From Massalongia carnosa (lineage: Eukaryota), in the NCBI GenBank assembly GCA_965645245.1, contig OZ287068.1, positions 3,410,001 to 3,474,000 on the forward strand: 64,000 nucleotides of DNA, read 5' to 3'. The notes beneath the pieces are model-generated. The model did no database searches, had not been told where the DNA came from, and saw nothing but the letters and a program-made list of their open reading frames with translations. The position numbers were made by a program, and so were the translations under genes. Shown piece after piece: positions 1-13,070 of this stretch (its first letter is position 1; every line of letters starts with the position of its first letter).

Positions 1-2476
1 GGAATGGAGTGAGCCAGAGTTGATGGGAAATACGATACAATAGGTTGAAGAGAGGTCTCGGGAATTCCATATCTCTTGTGCGGATTTATATAGTGCATTT
101 CGTACAAGTCCTGAGGAGAATGACCGGTGGTCATGTACTGCACACCATTATTATCCACCCAGCCCATACAAAGCACCTTATCGTCGACCACCATATGGGC
201 CTGAAGACCCCAGTCTTTTCCTTTTGAAGTGACGTCCCGTATGGCCAACAATTCTTCTGGAAAGCCCGAGCCCTTTTTAGCAGTTCCACTGGCAGCTATT
301 CCGATTGATCGAAGTGCCTTGAATAATTTCGTACTAGTAAAGAAATTATCACAGAAAAGATGATAATTCAGTGAGGATGGAAGTTCTTTACATAACTGAA
401 TGTAATGGGCTACGAGACCAGTAAGCTTATCACGAGCGACACTGATCTCGAAAGGGGAAATGCTCAGCGTGAGAGGAGGAAGATAGCTACTACGTGCTAG
501 TCTCCGAGAGTATACGTGATCCAAAGAACTAATGGATGTGGAAGTGCTTAGACCAAGAGATCTCGTCCGAGACCCAAACGTAGGTTGTTCATAGAATAAA
601 GACTAATTGCTAACGAATACTACAAGATTCGTTCTGATATTTATCCTACTCACCCCAAGCCTATAGCCTTGGGAGCCTTGGAACCTTAGGAGCCTTGCAA
701 GCCTTGGGAGTCTTGCGAGCATTACAGCCTTGCAATCCACATCCGACTTTATCGCATTACATCCAACCATCCCTCAGGATCCATCCACGAACTCGGCGTT
801 CGCTGGATCATCTAGTCAGCCTCGAGCAGCCTTCTAGATCTTCCCTTGCAAGGTAGAACAATTCTACCCCCGGCTAGATCCCTCACTACATGCCTCAGGC
901 TATGTAGCTTCATTTCGCCGTCACCACTACCTAGTGATGGAAGGTTACCTCCGACTGAATACCTCGCTACACTGCGGACCTGCCTCTAGACACAAGGTCT
1001 AGACAACGAGGTCATGTAGGTTCATTCAGCCGACATCACTACCAACGTAGTAATAAAGGTTGAAGCTGAAGTTTACACCAGGGAGCCTAGCTCAAGCTGC
1101 GTCCAGCGAGCCGTGCCTCCTGCTACCTCTCTTGATCCATCAAGAGATCCAGTAGCTCCGAGTAGGCCAGTAGATTCCATATAGAGTTCCTCGGCGTCTC
1201 CACAGGAGTCCGCCTTACACTCCATGGCAATCTACCACCACGGCCTCGACAGGTGTTTGATCTGTAAGTAGTCAAGAACGTGATAACAATAACTCCGAAG
1301 TTTCGGGGCAAGATGGCAGTGTGTCAGCCTCGACGGCTTATGCGACTTTGTCCTACGGCATGGTCCACGCTAGTTAATCCCGCAACCGCCATAGGCGAGC
1401 ACGTATCCCTCTAGCGCCATCCGTATTACACTGAATCACTAGCAAAGCACTAGGAGTTAGTTTATCTTTTGGCAAAAATCCCAATTGTCTGACTGTTTTC
1501 AATTCACTTATTCTGCTACTCTTCGAGGCAAACATAAATGACAACAGATAATTATCCTGACAGAGACTGTAGATTTTAAATCCTTTATGGGCACTTTTTG
1601 TAGTAATCTGCAAGGTATGTCGAGAACGGCCCTTGAATAACACCAGCTGTTCATCTATAGATATCATACTTCCTGGTCTGCAATGTTTCAATGAAGTCTT
1701 TCGGAAATCAGTAGCCAACGGTTCCAGTTTCTTCCACCAATCAGGTCCTTGACCAAGTCCGATAGGCTCAGTCTATCCATTATTGATTTTCAAAAATCGT
1801 TTGATTTGTTGAAATCGACCAAGCGACATCGCGGACAGAATAGGCATGATAACTGGTTTGTCAGGACGTTGATTCCAATAATCCTCTGTAGCAGGTAGAT
1901 GATCGAGTCCCATAAGAATTAATATGCCCAAAAAAACCTCAATTTCCGAGTCAGTAGTGTCAGTCCAAACCCGATGATTGTTCTCCTTCTCCTTTTCCAT
2001 GTAGTTATTTGCCTTGATATTGGTATGATTTGCGATGATACGACAATGCTGCCTTGTTATAAATAACCGAAATAATCCCAAAGGATTTCGAGAATCATTT
2101 TCAACGAGCGGAACAAAAGGCCTGTTTTCAACCCGAATGGGGGTATATTTTGAGGAAATAGGGGGAAGGTCGATTAAAATATCCCGAACACTTCTTTTGC
2201 GATTTATTTTATGTTGCTTCGCTGAAATGGGAGATTTGTCTGATACACTCGGGATTTCTTCTTCATTGAGCGTCATACTTATAATATCAATTCCGAAGCT
2301 AGAAGAATAGTAATTTATGTGATTTATTTTGATTGAATGACCGAATAGTATTCTTTGAAAAGTAAACAAACGCGCAAACACTCTAGAGAAAACTAATGTT
2401 CTGATGACTCATCGGTGCGGAAGCTAGTCCAATATAGATTAGCTTGGGGGGGGGTGCTAGAATGATAGCGAGAGGG
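1..2476 (-). mobile_element. piggyBac-like DNA transposon, inactivated; 3' part runs off the window
   Basis: Transposase from ATG 2276 has PGBD motifs (EIEVFLGILILMG, YW, MSLGRFQQIKRFL, SIDEQLVLFKGR, KGFKIYSL). After removing the 401-1430 insertion it continues LLVIQ|LCKELP...HLFCDNFFTS...ASGT. One in-frame TAG at 1773-1775. Putative end ...GCGAGAGGG (CCCT on minus) at 2476. Confidence 0.88.
401..1430. mobile_element. Solo LTR, 1030 bp (family A, copy 1), inserted in the piggyBac transposase
   Basis: TGTAAT...ATTACA termini; 5-bp TSD CTGAA (396-400 / 1431-1435); near-identical copy at 27918-28947. Confidence 0.92.
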
Positions 2477-2479
2477 ATA

Positions 2480-4412
2480 ATCGTGCCAAAACACTAAACC
2501 CCAACCGAGTCAGGGTCTAGTGCCCGACGGTCTACTGACGCATACAGTCTACTGACGCACTTTTCCCATTTTCACTACCATTTTCACCACGTCGTTCATC
2601 TACCACCGCCATGCCTAACTCATATTCTAATAAGGAGGATCCAATTGTCGATGCTATACACGCGTGGAACACGGGTGAATTTCGAAGTATACGCGCAGTA
2701 GCCATTTGATTTCGATGTCGACAGTCGTACGCTTCAAAGACGACTTGCTGGAGGGGGTTCGCGCATCGGTCGATCTGGCCCCAACAAGGCCTTATCTGAT
2801 GAACAAGAATTGGCCCTTTGTGAATATATTGTGATGCTCGATCAAGCCGAACAATCAGCCAGGTTTTCAATGGTTCGGGGGGCTGCTAATTATCTACTAA
2901 GAGAAGCTCATTTAGACGCCTCCATCCCCCCCCCTCACGTCAGCGAGGCCTGGACCAAACGTTTCCTCAATCGTCATCCTCAATTTTTCAAGCGAAAACA
3001 CAAACCTCTGGCCGCTGAGCGAAAACACGCGCACAATGCAAAGGACAGGCTCGAGTATTTTGAAGCATATCGAACTGCGCGAAAGACGCGGGGAATAGCG
3101 GACGAGGACGTTTGGAACATGGATGAAATGGGCTTTCGAATTGGCTGTGACAGGGCTCATTGGGTTATATCAACTCACTCCAGAAAGCCCTTGCTATTGA
3201 CAGATCCAGATAATAGAGAATATGTCACCTCGTGTGAGTGTATTAGTGCTGGGGGGCGAAACATTCCCCCCATGGTGATTATAGCAGGGTTTTTGATTCT
3301 CGAAAAGTGGACACAACAAAACGATCTGAATGACGATGTTTTGTTGACTACTAGTCCTACCGGCTATTCCAATGATGATTTGGCTATTGATTGGTTGAAA
3401 CATTTCGATAAACACAGTCGAAAGGGTCAGGTAGGGGCCTGGCGTATGTTGATCATGGACGGGTATGGATCTCATATGACATATGAGTTTTTTACATATG
3501 CCAAACGAAATCACATTGAATTGTTTCGTTTGCCTCCTCATTCAACACATCTCACTCAGCCATTGGATGTAGGATGTTTTCAGCCGTTCAAACATTATCA
3601 TTCCGAAGGCATTGACGAGATGGTGCGACTCGGAGGGGCAGATTTCGACAAACTGGATTTTTTGTCCATTTTTCAGCGCATGCGAAATCAAACATTCACC
3701 TCATCTACCATATTATCGTCATTCAGAAACACGGGTCTGGTGCCTTATAACCCCAATGTGGTAATTCGAAAGTTGGAGGAAATTCAAACTCGGAGACTTG
3801 CTACCCCCCCACCTTTGTCAGCCCCTCTGCTCGCCAGAACGCCCCGTACGACTAAAGAGGTGGTTGAATATGGCTTACACCTTCGAATGAGTTTGAAGAA
3901 ATACAACGTGCTGGACAATGAATGGGATTGTCATGTGAATCGATTTGTGAAGGGCTCTATTTCCAATGCGCATGCACGTCAGATTATTGAGCGGGACCTT
4001 CGAGCCAGTCAACAACAGTCCATCGCGAAGGCGGCCCGTAGAAAATTGGATGGTAAGGTCGCCCAGAAGGGAGGGGTCATAACTGTAGGAGATATACGGG
4101 CCAAAACCTCGAAACGTTGTCAGAACGAGGTGGAAAAGACCAGACTGGCCTATGAACGTGCCACACTAGCTGCTGAAAAGAAGCAGATTGCCCTGGACAA
4201 AAGGTATAAAAGAATCGCCAGATCGATGCCCAGACAAGCGAAGCTATTTTACCAGCGTCATAATCAATCAGTTTCTGCATAACCGTTGTTGTCCTCGATT
4301 TGTAGCAGAAATGGTAGTGAAAATGGGAAAAGTGCGTCAGTAGACTGTATGCGTCAGTAGACCGTCGGGCACTAGACCCTGACTCGGTTAGGGTTTAGTG
4401 TTTTGGCACGAT
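2480..4412 (+). mobile_element. pogo/Fot1-like DNA transposon with ~104-bp TIRs
   Basis: TIR ATCGTGCCAAAACACTAAACC...CACTACCATTT (2480-2583) is mirrored at ~4309-4412; TA TSD at 2478-2479 and 4413-4414. Confidence 0.95.
2611..4282 (+). pseudogene. pogo/Fot1 DDE_1 transposase; N-terminal HTH broken, 2810-4282 open
   Basis: WTKRFLNRH, WNMDEMGF, LIMDGYGSH, LPPHSTHLTQPLDVGCF. Probable start ATG 2611 (MPNSYSNKED) is followed by a TGA near 2707 and a frameshift. Confidence 0.9.
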
Positions 4413-4481
4413 TAGATAGTTCTTTTCCTTTAGACACAGAGCAAGCATGCTCGCAGAATAGCATCAACACATACAGTTCAC

Positions 4482-4537
4482 AGGCACGAGGCACGAGGCA
4501 CGAGGCACGAGGCACGAGGCACGAGGCGCGAGGCATA
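4482..4537. repeat. 7-bp tandem repeat (AGGCACG)n
   Basis: Six perfect units plus two degenerate units (AGGCGCG, AGGCATA). Confidence 0.9.
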
Positions 4538-6212
4538 CAGTGACCAGTCTAGCTATTGTTCTCATTCTATTGTCTTGTTCTTCTCTTATTTGTTTCTTCT
4601 ATTGCACTCCTAGCAGTAGTGGACCACGCACACCACCCAATTCATCCTTCCACAACGTCTCGCAGGAGCGGGTAGCATCGCGCGGGAATTATCATGTGCA
4701 ATTACAACATGCAGGACACGGAATACTGTTGAGGCAAGCAATAGCAAGAAGAAGGCCAAAACAATAGAAATGGGTGAGTCAATCCTTTAGATAGCAAGTC
4801 TACTAAGATGCTAGAACTCCAGAGTAGCCAGCACCTAGGGGATCACGATGGCGGTGACAAATCTACTCGAGAGGCTTGATAGATCAACGCCATCAGCAGC
4901 TTATTCTATAATACAGCAAGGACTGATCGATCCGAAGGCGGATTAGGTATTAAGCAATAGCTAGCTAGAATTGATTGTTTGTTCATAATCGTAACCGTTC
5001 GCGCCGTCAAGCTTGCGGTTAACAGAATGAACCAGGGCTCTTATTTGCTTGCACGTTAAAGATGTAACTTCAGGGGGCTGCATCAAAGAATGTGATCCGC
5101 CATTCGGTTGGGTGTAATCCATGTGAGGACTAAAATATGATAGTTAGCACTCGAGCTGCTTCCATGGAATGGTCGAGGCAAACTCCGGAGAACGAGAATA
5201 TGAAGATCGCTTAAGTGTTATCGCTTGGCTTTCGCTCGAGGAGGAAGCTATACGGGCAGCAGTCAACTGTGCTCCCTGAAGCGGTCATTAATAATTTCAC
5301 CCGCTTCAATCTTTTACAGAATATCACTCGAACTCAACCCCCACGAAGACACAGGTGGCTTGCATGAGTAATTGCATTGTCTTCAAGGATAAATGCTACC
5401 ATTGCAAATACAAAAGCTAGGGTATAACAAACAATCCCTACTCTTTCTTCCTAAATTCCATCTTTCAAAGTAACGTAACCATCGTTCTCCCCTTCCGCGC
5501 CCTTTCTCACACTCCGATAACAGTTTTCGCTCTGAACCTCCATCTCAAGCCTTGCCTCCAGCCCACTCGACTTCTTTGCCGCATTTCGATAGCACCAACT
5601 TAGGCCCTTCACCCCAGCCATTGCTGACAGCATCAACCGCATGGATGAGAAACCTACGATGTGCCATCTTTTTCGCCGTTTGCAGACCGAACACTTTCAC
5701 CTCTCCAGAGTCCGGTAGCGTCAAATCGTCAGGGCGTTCGATATTGTAACGGTGTCCAAGAGCCTCCTGTAGTTAAGTCTAATTTGGTCCATCTACGATG
5801 CTTTGTTGGTAGAAGTTGAACATTCAACATTTTTTGAAGTGTTTATTAGTTATTTTTTCAAAATAATTTAATCAACTCAAATGCGATTTGTAATATTCTT
5901 AAAGATAGAAATTCTTGTAAAAACTCGCATATTTAACATTTATGTGATTGCATAATTTATATATAAAGGAGAGACTTTCACCTGACCCCCGCCAAGGCCT
6001 CTCCGAAAAATGTGACTCCCGAACCCGCTATCAGTATAGGTTTTAGAGCCCCGTAACGAAACATCTAGAAGATGCTAGAAGCACGCCTCTTTCAATATAA
6101 ATATCTAAGGTCCCCCAAACCTCTCTCTGCAATAGAGATTATAAAGAGAACACTAAGATATATTAACAGATGTATTATTGAATGATATACTTAATAATCG
6201 CTTAGACTAGTT

Positions 6213-9200
6213 CTAACATAGGAGTTCGCCTTCAAAATTAAACTCGAGAAAGGTAAGATGACCGGATGCATGTCCCAAGCAGATAACGTTCCCGTAAATA
6301 GCTGAACATATCGATCGATAGTCGGATGGAAGCCAAAGAAAACGTTGTTCTTTAAAAGCTATCCATTGATCTTCAACAAAGATAGAACATAGCTCTTTTT
6401 TCTGACGGAAAGGAGCACTATGGAGAGATAAAGGAATGGAGATTTGCCCTCTATCCGTCTTTAGTTGTGAACCATCTGGAGAAAAGGATAGAGTGCTAAT
6501 AATTATTTTATCAGTCAAAAGCGTGCTGCGACAAGACCCTGTACCTGCGTCCCAGAGCCGGATCGTGTTGTCGCCCGAGGCAGACGCTATCAGCTGGCCG
6601 TCCGGCGAGAAGGCTACAGCGTTGACCGATTTCGAGTGACCCTCGAGCGTGCTGCGGCAAGACCCTGTACCTGCGTCCCAGAGCCGGATCGTGTTGTCGC
6701 CCGAGGCAGACGCTATCAGCTGGCCGTCCGGCGAGAAGGCTACATCGCTGACCCAGCCCGAGTGACCCTCGAGCGTGCTGCGGCAAGACCCTGTACCTGC
6801 GTCCCAGAGCCGGATCGTGTTGTCGTCCGAGGCAGACGCTATCAGCTGGCCGTCCGGCGAGAAGGCTACACCATAGGTTCTGCCCGAGTGACCCTCGAGC
6901 GTGCTGCGGCAAGACCCTGTACCTGCGTCCCAGAGCCGGATCGTGTTGTCGCCCGAGGCAGACGCTATCAGCTGGCCGTCCGGCGAGAAGGCTACATCGC
7001 TGACCCAGCCCGAGTGACCCTCGAGCGTGCTGCGGCAAGACCCTGTACCTGCGTCCCAGAGCCGGATCGTGTTGTCGTCCGAGGCAGACGCTATCAGCTG
7101 GCCGTCCGGCGAGAAGGCTACAGCGTTGACCGATTTCGAGTGGCCCTCGAGCGTGCTGCGGCAAGACCCTGTACCTGCGTCCCAGAGCCGGATCGTGTTG
7201 TCGCCCGAGGCAGACGCTATCAGCTGGCCGTCCGGCGAGAAGGCTACATCGCTGACCCAGCCCGAGTGACCCTCGAGCGTGCTGCGGCAAGACCCTGTAC
7301 CTGCGTCCCAGAGCCGGAGCGTGTTGTCGTCCGAGGCAGACGCTATCAGCTGGCCGTCCGGCGAGAAGGCTACATCGCTGACCCAGCCCGAGTGGCCCTC
7401 GAGCGTGCTGCGGCAAGACCCTGTACCTGCGTCCCAGAGCCGGATCGTGTTGTCGCCCGAGGCAGACGCTATCAGCTGGCCGTCCGGCGAGAAGGCTACA
7501 TCGCTGACCCAGCCCGAGTGACCCTCGAGCGTGCTGCGGCAAGACCCTGTACCTGCGTCCCAGAGCCGGATCGTGTTGTCGTCCGAGGCAGACGCTATCA
7601 GCTGGCCGTCCGGCGAGAAGGCTACATCGCTGACCCAGCCCGAGTGACCCTCGAGCGTGCTGCGGCAAGACCCTGTACCTGCGTCCCAGAGCCGGATCGT
7701 GTTGTCGCCCGAGGCAGACGCTATCAGCTGGCCGTCCGGCGAGAAGGCTACAGCGCTGATCACGTCCGAGTGACCCTCGAGCGTGCTGCGGCAAGACCCT
7801 GTACCTGCGTCCCAGAGCCGGATCGTGTTGTCGCCCGAGGCAGACGCTATCAGCTGGCCGTCCGGCGAGAAGGCTACATCGCTGACCGATTTCGAGTGAC
7901 CCTCGAGCGTGCTGCGGCAAGACCCTGTACCTGCGTCCCAGAGCCGGATCGTGTTGTCCTCCGAGGTAGACACTATCAGCTGGCCGTCCGGCGAGAAGGC
8001 TACAGCGCTGATCACGTCCGAGTGACCCTCGAGCGTGCTGCGGCAAGACCCTGTACCTGCGTCCCAGAGCCGGATCGTGTTGTCGCCCGAGGCAGACGCT
8101 ATCAGCTGGCCGTCCGGCGAGAAGGCTACAGCATAGGTCCTGCCCGAGTGACCCTCGAGCGTCTGCAGTAAGGCATTCCAATCTTTTTGCACCTTTGGTA
8201 GTCTAGTAATCCATTTAGGAATATGATCGTTGAATGTTTTCCGTGTTATACTCATCTCTGGAGCGAAGATTAAGGCTGAAGAATATAGTTGTAGAGGTGC
8301 CTCTTCTAGTATTGATCTGTTCCGCAGGGCAAAGCGCTTTCCATCGTGAAGAAAAGCCGATATCGCGGCACTTTTATCGGCCTAGATTGACAAGTAAGAA
8401 TAGGAACCAATACAAAGGACCTAATAATACTTTACATCTGTAAGCGGTTGCAGGCTGTTAATTATACGAATGCTATCGGATGTCTCTCCCATAAGACTCA
8501 TAGCTTCTAGCCAGTAAAGGAAGTACTTTTGTAGAAATACATGAACTGGGTCTCCGTCACGGATACAGCCTTCACTCTGCTTTAAGTGGTGCGCCCAATA
8601 GCGGCAGGCGTATCGGACTTCTAGTGACAAAGCATTGTCTATTATCTGATTATTGAGCTCGCTTCTTAGAGTTCCAGGCCTCGTTAAGTTGCACATGTTT
8701 TGCCTTAGACCCTTTGGACTGGACATTAGTTGAAGGCACTTGCTAGCTAACCTCTTATGCGTTTCCCTCTCGTCTACCCAGAACGGGCTCTTCCCACGCT
8801 TTTGAGTATCAAGGAGAAAGTCACGAAAAGATAAATGTAGAAGCCTTATGGGCATATCTTCGTCAACAGGGATGCTGAGCACAGAGTGTAGTAAGTCTAG
8901 CCTGCAGCTAATATCCTCTTTAGGAATATTAAGGAGGTGTGCAAGTGAGACAATCGAGAGGGGACTCTTTAGAACAACAATACTCCCAACTAATTCTCGG
9001 AATTCGCTAGTTCTCCTCTCTTTGTCTACCTCATCTTTATCATCAAATAACTGATTTAGAATGGGAAGATACGTTCTATCCAGCTTGGAGACCTGATTTG
9101 TCGTTTTATTATTCGTTTGATACTGAAGAATGATCTCCAAGCGCTTTTTAGGATTGTCTCGTTTATCTTCAATAAATCGACAGGCCGTGGCAGCGAAGAT

Positions 9201-10551
9201 AAACAGGGGAATGGCCATCTCAACTAGGGCCTGGATTTGATTCTTGCTAGGCCAGTCTTGGGGCAATGAGCGCTGCTTGCCTATCATCCTGAGCTCATAC
9301 TCTAAGAAGAGCGTTATATCATGTTCAATTGTCTCTTTTGGTATATCGTGAAGAATCAGGTCCTGATGCGTTTCGTGTAACATTTGGTTGAAGCCAAGAC
9401 GAATGGGGAGCTCCGGTCTGCTCGTTACAAAAATCCGTAACGAAATTGGCCCAGGACACTTAGTTCGTGCGAGAAGTTGAAGGATTACTTTTATATCTTC
9501 ATCTCGCTCGCACTCGTCTAACGCGTCTATTACGATAAGTAGTCCCAATACATTTGGAGGAGCCTGCCTCAGTTCTGAGAGTGGCTGGAGGATCAACTTC
9601 TCGAACTGTTCTTTTAGAGCTTTATCGGAAATCCCTGGGTCAGCATCGATTGCTTTCGCTATGCCTGATATTAACCCTGGTTCATGAGCCATCAGATCTT
9701 TGGCGATAGTGGTGAAGAATCTGCCTGCAGTTCCCCGGTCACCCTCCCCTTTCTTGAAGAAAAAGCTTGCGCCAAGCTGACGTTCATCGGCAAATAGCCG
9801 GGCAACAGTCCGTGCAATCGTAGACTTTCCAGTGCCAGCCATACCGTTCAACCAGAATATGGGTTTGCCATACCCGTCCTTCGCCCATTCCTTAATTTGA
9901 CGCTGCAGCTCCACTCTAGTATTTGCAAGGCATCTTGCACTGTGCTCCTCCATGTGCGAGTCGAATGACGCTCCATTAGCGACCGGCAGTTTGGCGAAGT
10001 CGATCTTCTGATGAAGGTTGTCGGTCTTCTTGTCAACAAGGTTCATCTTCTGATCAACGTCTAGCATGATGCCCCTACATAGCTTATCAGTAACCCTCGT
10101 CCGCAACAAGACTCAGGAGCTCAGGGACTCACGTTTGGTCCGTTTGGAGTGCTAGATTGTAGGTCTGCTCGTATCTTTCAAGACTAGCGACAAGCTTTTC
10201 CATGTTCTCGCTCGTAAAAGGCCATTGCAAAGATCGAACCCCAAACCTGCTCATGGCCTTGCGAGTCTTCCCGAACTTCAGCTGCGAATTCAGCTCTTCT
10301 AGCTGCTCAAAGCAGTCTTTGAGCGAGCCCGTTAACTTGTGGGTAGTCAAAAGCCGCGTTTTGTCCCGTCCATCCAATAGCTTCTTGACTTCTTCGAGGA
10401 CGTGTTTGATGTCGCTAACCTTCCTTTGAAGGCGTTCGATGTCCTTCTTCGCATTCTTGACGGCGGCTGAATACTGCAAACAGAGCGAGGTGATTTTAGC
10501 GGATATGTCGATGATAGCGATGACACTTGCTGCTCCCGAAAGGCCATCCAT
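6213..10551 (-). CDS. Fungal NLR (HET-E/NWD-like): HeLo-like N-terminal domain + NACHT + WD40 repeats; 3 exons (10551-10133, 10074-8436, 8381-6213), ~1408 aa
   Basis: N-term MDGLSGAASVIAIIDISAKI...; RCLANTR, Walker A GMAGTGKST, ASFFFKKG, Walker B LLIVIDALDEC, IFVTSRPE, LFIFAAT, HLSFRDFL, YACRYWAHH, APLQLYSSALIFAP. Introns GTGAGT..TAG (58 nt) and GTAAAG..TAG (54 nt) join the frames with no stops. Confidence 0.95.
6525..8162 (-). repeat. 13 tandem 126-bp (42-aa) WD40 repeats with high internal conservation
   Basis: Unit TLEGHSxxxxxVAFSPDGQLIASASxDNTIRLWDAGTGSCRS; 1638 bp = 13 x 126. Confidence 0.97.
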
Positions 10552-13070
10552 AATGCGAGGCTTAGCGGAGGTGCTGGGTTTGACGATAAACGTGCAGTAG
10601 CACACTCGTGTACACACACTACTGAGAAGGTAAGCCAGCGCGGCTGACACCTGGAGTTGCTGGCAGCATTTCATTGGGGTGGGGTTCGACTTTACATTCA
10701 TTCGCTCGTTTCTTCTTCGGCGCTGATCACGCGCAGACTTCGGCTAATAACAGTCCGGCGGTTGGCAAATTTTACATCATGTTTCACCATCGCCGTCCGC
10801 TATTCGATTCAATCCTGTATTGGTTTTACAATACGGTTTCTAGATCTGCCAGATCGCTTCGGAGTAAAGGATATATCCTCTTGCCAGGTCGAATTTATCG
10901 GTGAGCCCTTGACCCAGTGCGAACAGGCCGATCAAGTCCCTGTGGTTGGTTGACTTCACCGCTCGGATTCTACCTTTAGTCGCTTCGTGATAGGCCTCTG
11001 GGAAAGCATTCCATATGCTCTGGGCGATTGCGCAGTCGATCCAAATATGTTCAGTGATTTATAGTTCATCATTCAGAAGACATCGCTACTCTTCTTCGAT
11101 TAGTCAAGTTAAAGCTTCATTAGTTTGGACTACATTTGGTAGTCATTTAGTAGAAGTCGATAGAGCAAGTCATTGGCCTTGAATACTCTTTAGGCGCGCC
11201 CAATGGCCTTCCATAGCTCCAAAGCTCATGCTACTCGATTTAATCCTTCCCGACACAACTTTCGCGATGCCGTCTTTCAGCGATAAGTCCCGAACCTTCT
11301 CCGTTATGACCTTATAAGCACATCGATAGGAGACCTGCTGCAGGCCTTTCCACTCTTTCATGCCAGCTCCTGGTTATTCTCTCGTTATTCGCTTCATACT
11401 TCGGTGCTGAAATTGTATCTTGTTGGGCGCTCACGCGGAGACTACGTCGCCGGGAGCGTTGTTCAAGAAATCGATTCAATCCGCCGGTAGCCCCTTCATT
11501 TAAGGTGAGCACTGTCTTTTCCCCGGATCCTCTCTGTGCCGTTGTTGTCAAAAGTCCTTGAAATTTTGGTGATGAGGTCGTAGTTATCACCTATTATTCT
11601 GATTTCTTCGTACTCTTCAGAGGCTAATCGCCCTCATATATCTGAGGATGAGACGCCAATGCCTCGACTTCTCAGACGGCGGGGCCTCTCTCAGACAGTC
11701 GCGGGAAGTACCAAAGATTAATATTCAACATCTCTCTCGCCATTGTCAGCTCTACAAATGTTGAAAGTTCTATTAAGGTGAATTGATCACTTGAATGCAT
11801 GATACGAATATTTAGAAGGAATAGTTCTTCTGTTTATCATCGGCAGAAATTTTACCTAAACTCCTAGGAATGCAAGCTAGCCTAATCGAGATAATCGCAG
11901 TCATCAACTGCCTGACCACAATCTAGTTAGGCTAACATAGACTAACATCAACAGGTTCGTGATTGAAGCTTCCGGGTTGTTCGCCTAGTTGCTGTCATCA
12001 CAATGCTCAAATATGCGTCAGGCTAGGAGTATTCATAACGTTTTGCCCGGCGTGATTAAACTATTGCTTTCCGATATCAGCGTCATTTCCGCCCGCAAGT
12101 GCCGTGTTTGTGTATTTCTCATGAAAATGATAGTGAACTTCACTTACGAAAGATATGAGCGTTTTTCCATCTTCATCATTCAAGGAATGACTGAGACTGC
12201 CTCAACAGAGTCTAAATCTTGAGTTGTCAGCTCCCTCTCGGTCGTTTGATAGACGAAGGTTCTTGATCAAATGGGCGTAGTTTTCTTCACATATCAGTTT
12301 TTACTATAACTCTTCAATGATTTCCAAGTTCTTCTTTAATATCAATAGGTGAGACCAGCGTATCACGAAATGAACATTAAAATCGTTGCCGTCACTCATG
12401 TTCGCGCTCTTTGAGACAATCGAGTCTTGATCCACCCGTTGACCTTTCCTCGCAGTTCTTTAATCATCAGTCCTCAAAACCCAGCTATTGACCCTGTGAT
12501 GTTCACTCCTATCCCATATGCTTAATTCCACTTTAGGTACGGTAGAATATAACTGTTAGGGACTAAATTTACTTAAGCGGCATACATACATGTCATCTGG
12601 GGGGGTACGGTGGAATAATATTCAAGGGTAGGGTGCCATTTCGCGCCCTGGGCCGATTTACTTGCTTCGAGCGGCCAGTAATAGCCCGGATTCGAAATAT
12701 TAACATATGGGAAGGAAAAATATCCGATCATATTGTGATTTTATAAAAATCGCGGCGCAAAGGGTGTTTGAAGAGGTTTTGCCTATTCAAAGAACAGGAA
12801 CATCAAGACCCGAGGCCGAAGAACATCAGCAGATGATGAGTACCGTGAGAAATATTGTATATATAAACTTTACAGTTTCGTGCGGCGATTCCGAATCTGT
12901 AAGAATTAACCTGGTCGCATGAATATCAAGCTGTAAAGCCAATAAAACAATTTAGCTTCATTGAACATAAGATCCCGCTTGCGCGCACTTTGCGGATAAG
13001 CGGGAACCCACAAATTGATCCACGCAACGAAAATTTTTCCCCCGAGTTAGCAGTTGTCATCATCATCATC

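Noticed and set aside
2471..2480. Canonical TTAA target at the piggyBac end
   Set aside because: Reconstructed flank reads GGG|ATAG after removing the pogo element; the other end is outside the window, so the TSD cannot be tested.
6525..8162. CRISPR-like or DGR-like reading of constant repeats with short variable segments
   Set aside because: Units are in-frame protein-coding WD40 blades; no cas genes, no template/variable repeat pair, no adenine-specific variation; the RTs nearby are ordinary TE enzymes.
6511..8181. Long overlapping ORFs (556 aa minus, 511 aa plus) across the WD array
   Set aside because: Expected by-product of a GC-rich 126-bp unit lacking stops in those frames; they start and end with the array.
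10820..12420. Coding-like minus-strand fragments upstream of the NLR (possible partner effector or amyloid gene)
   Set aside because: Many stops and no recognisable HeLo, gasdermin or amyloid motif; cannot support a call.
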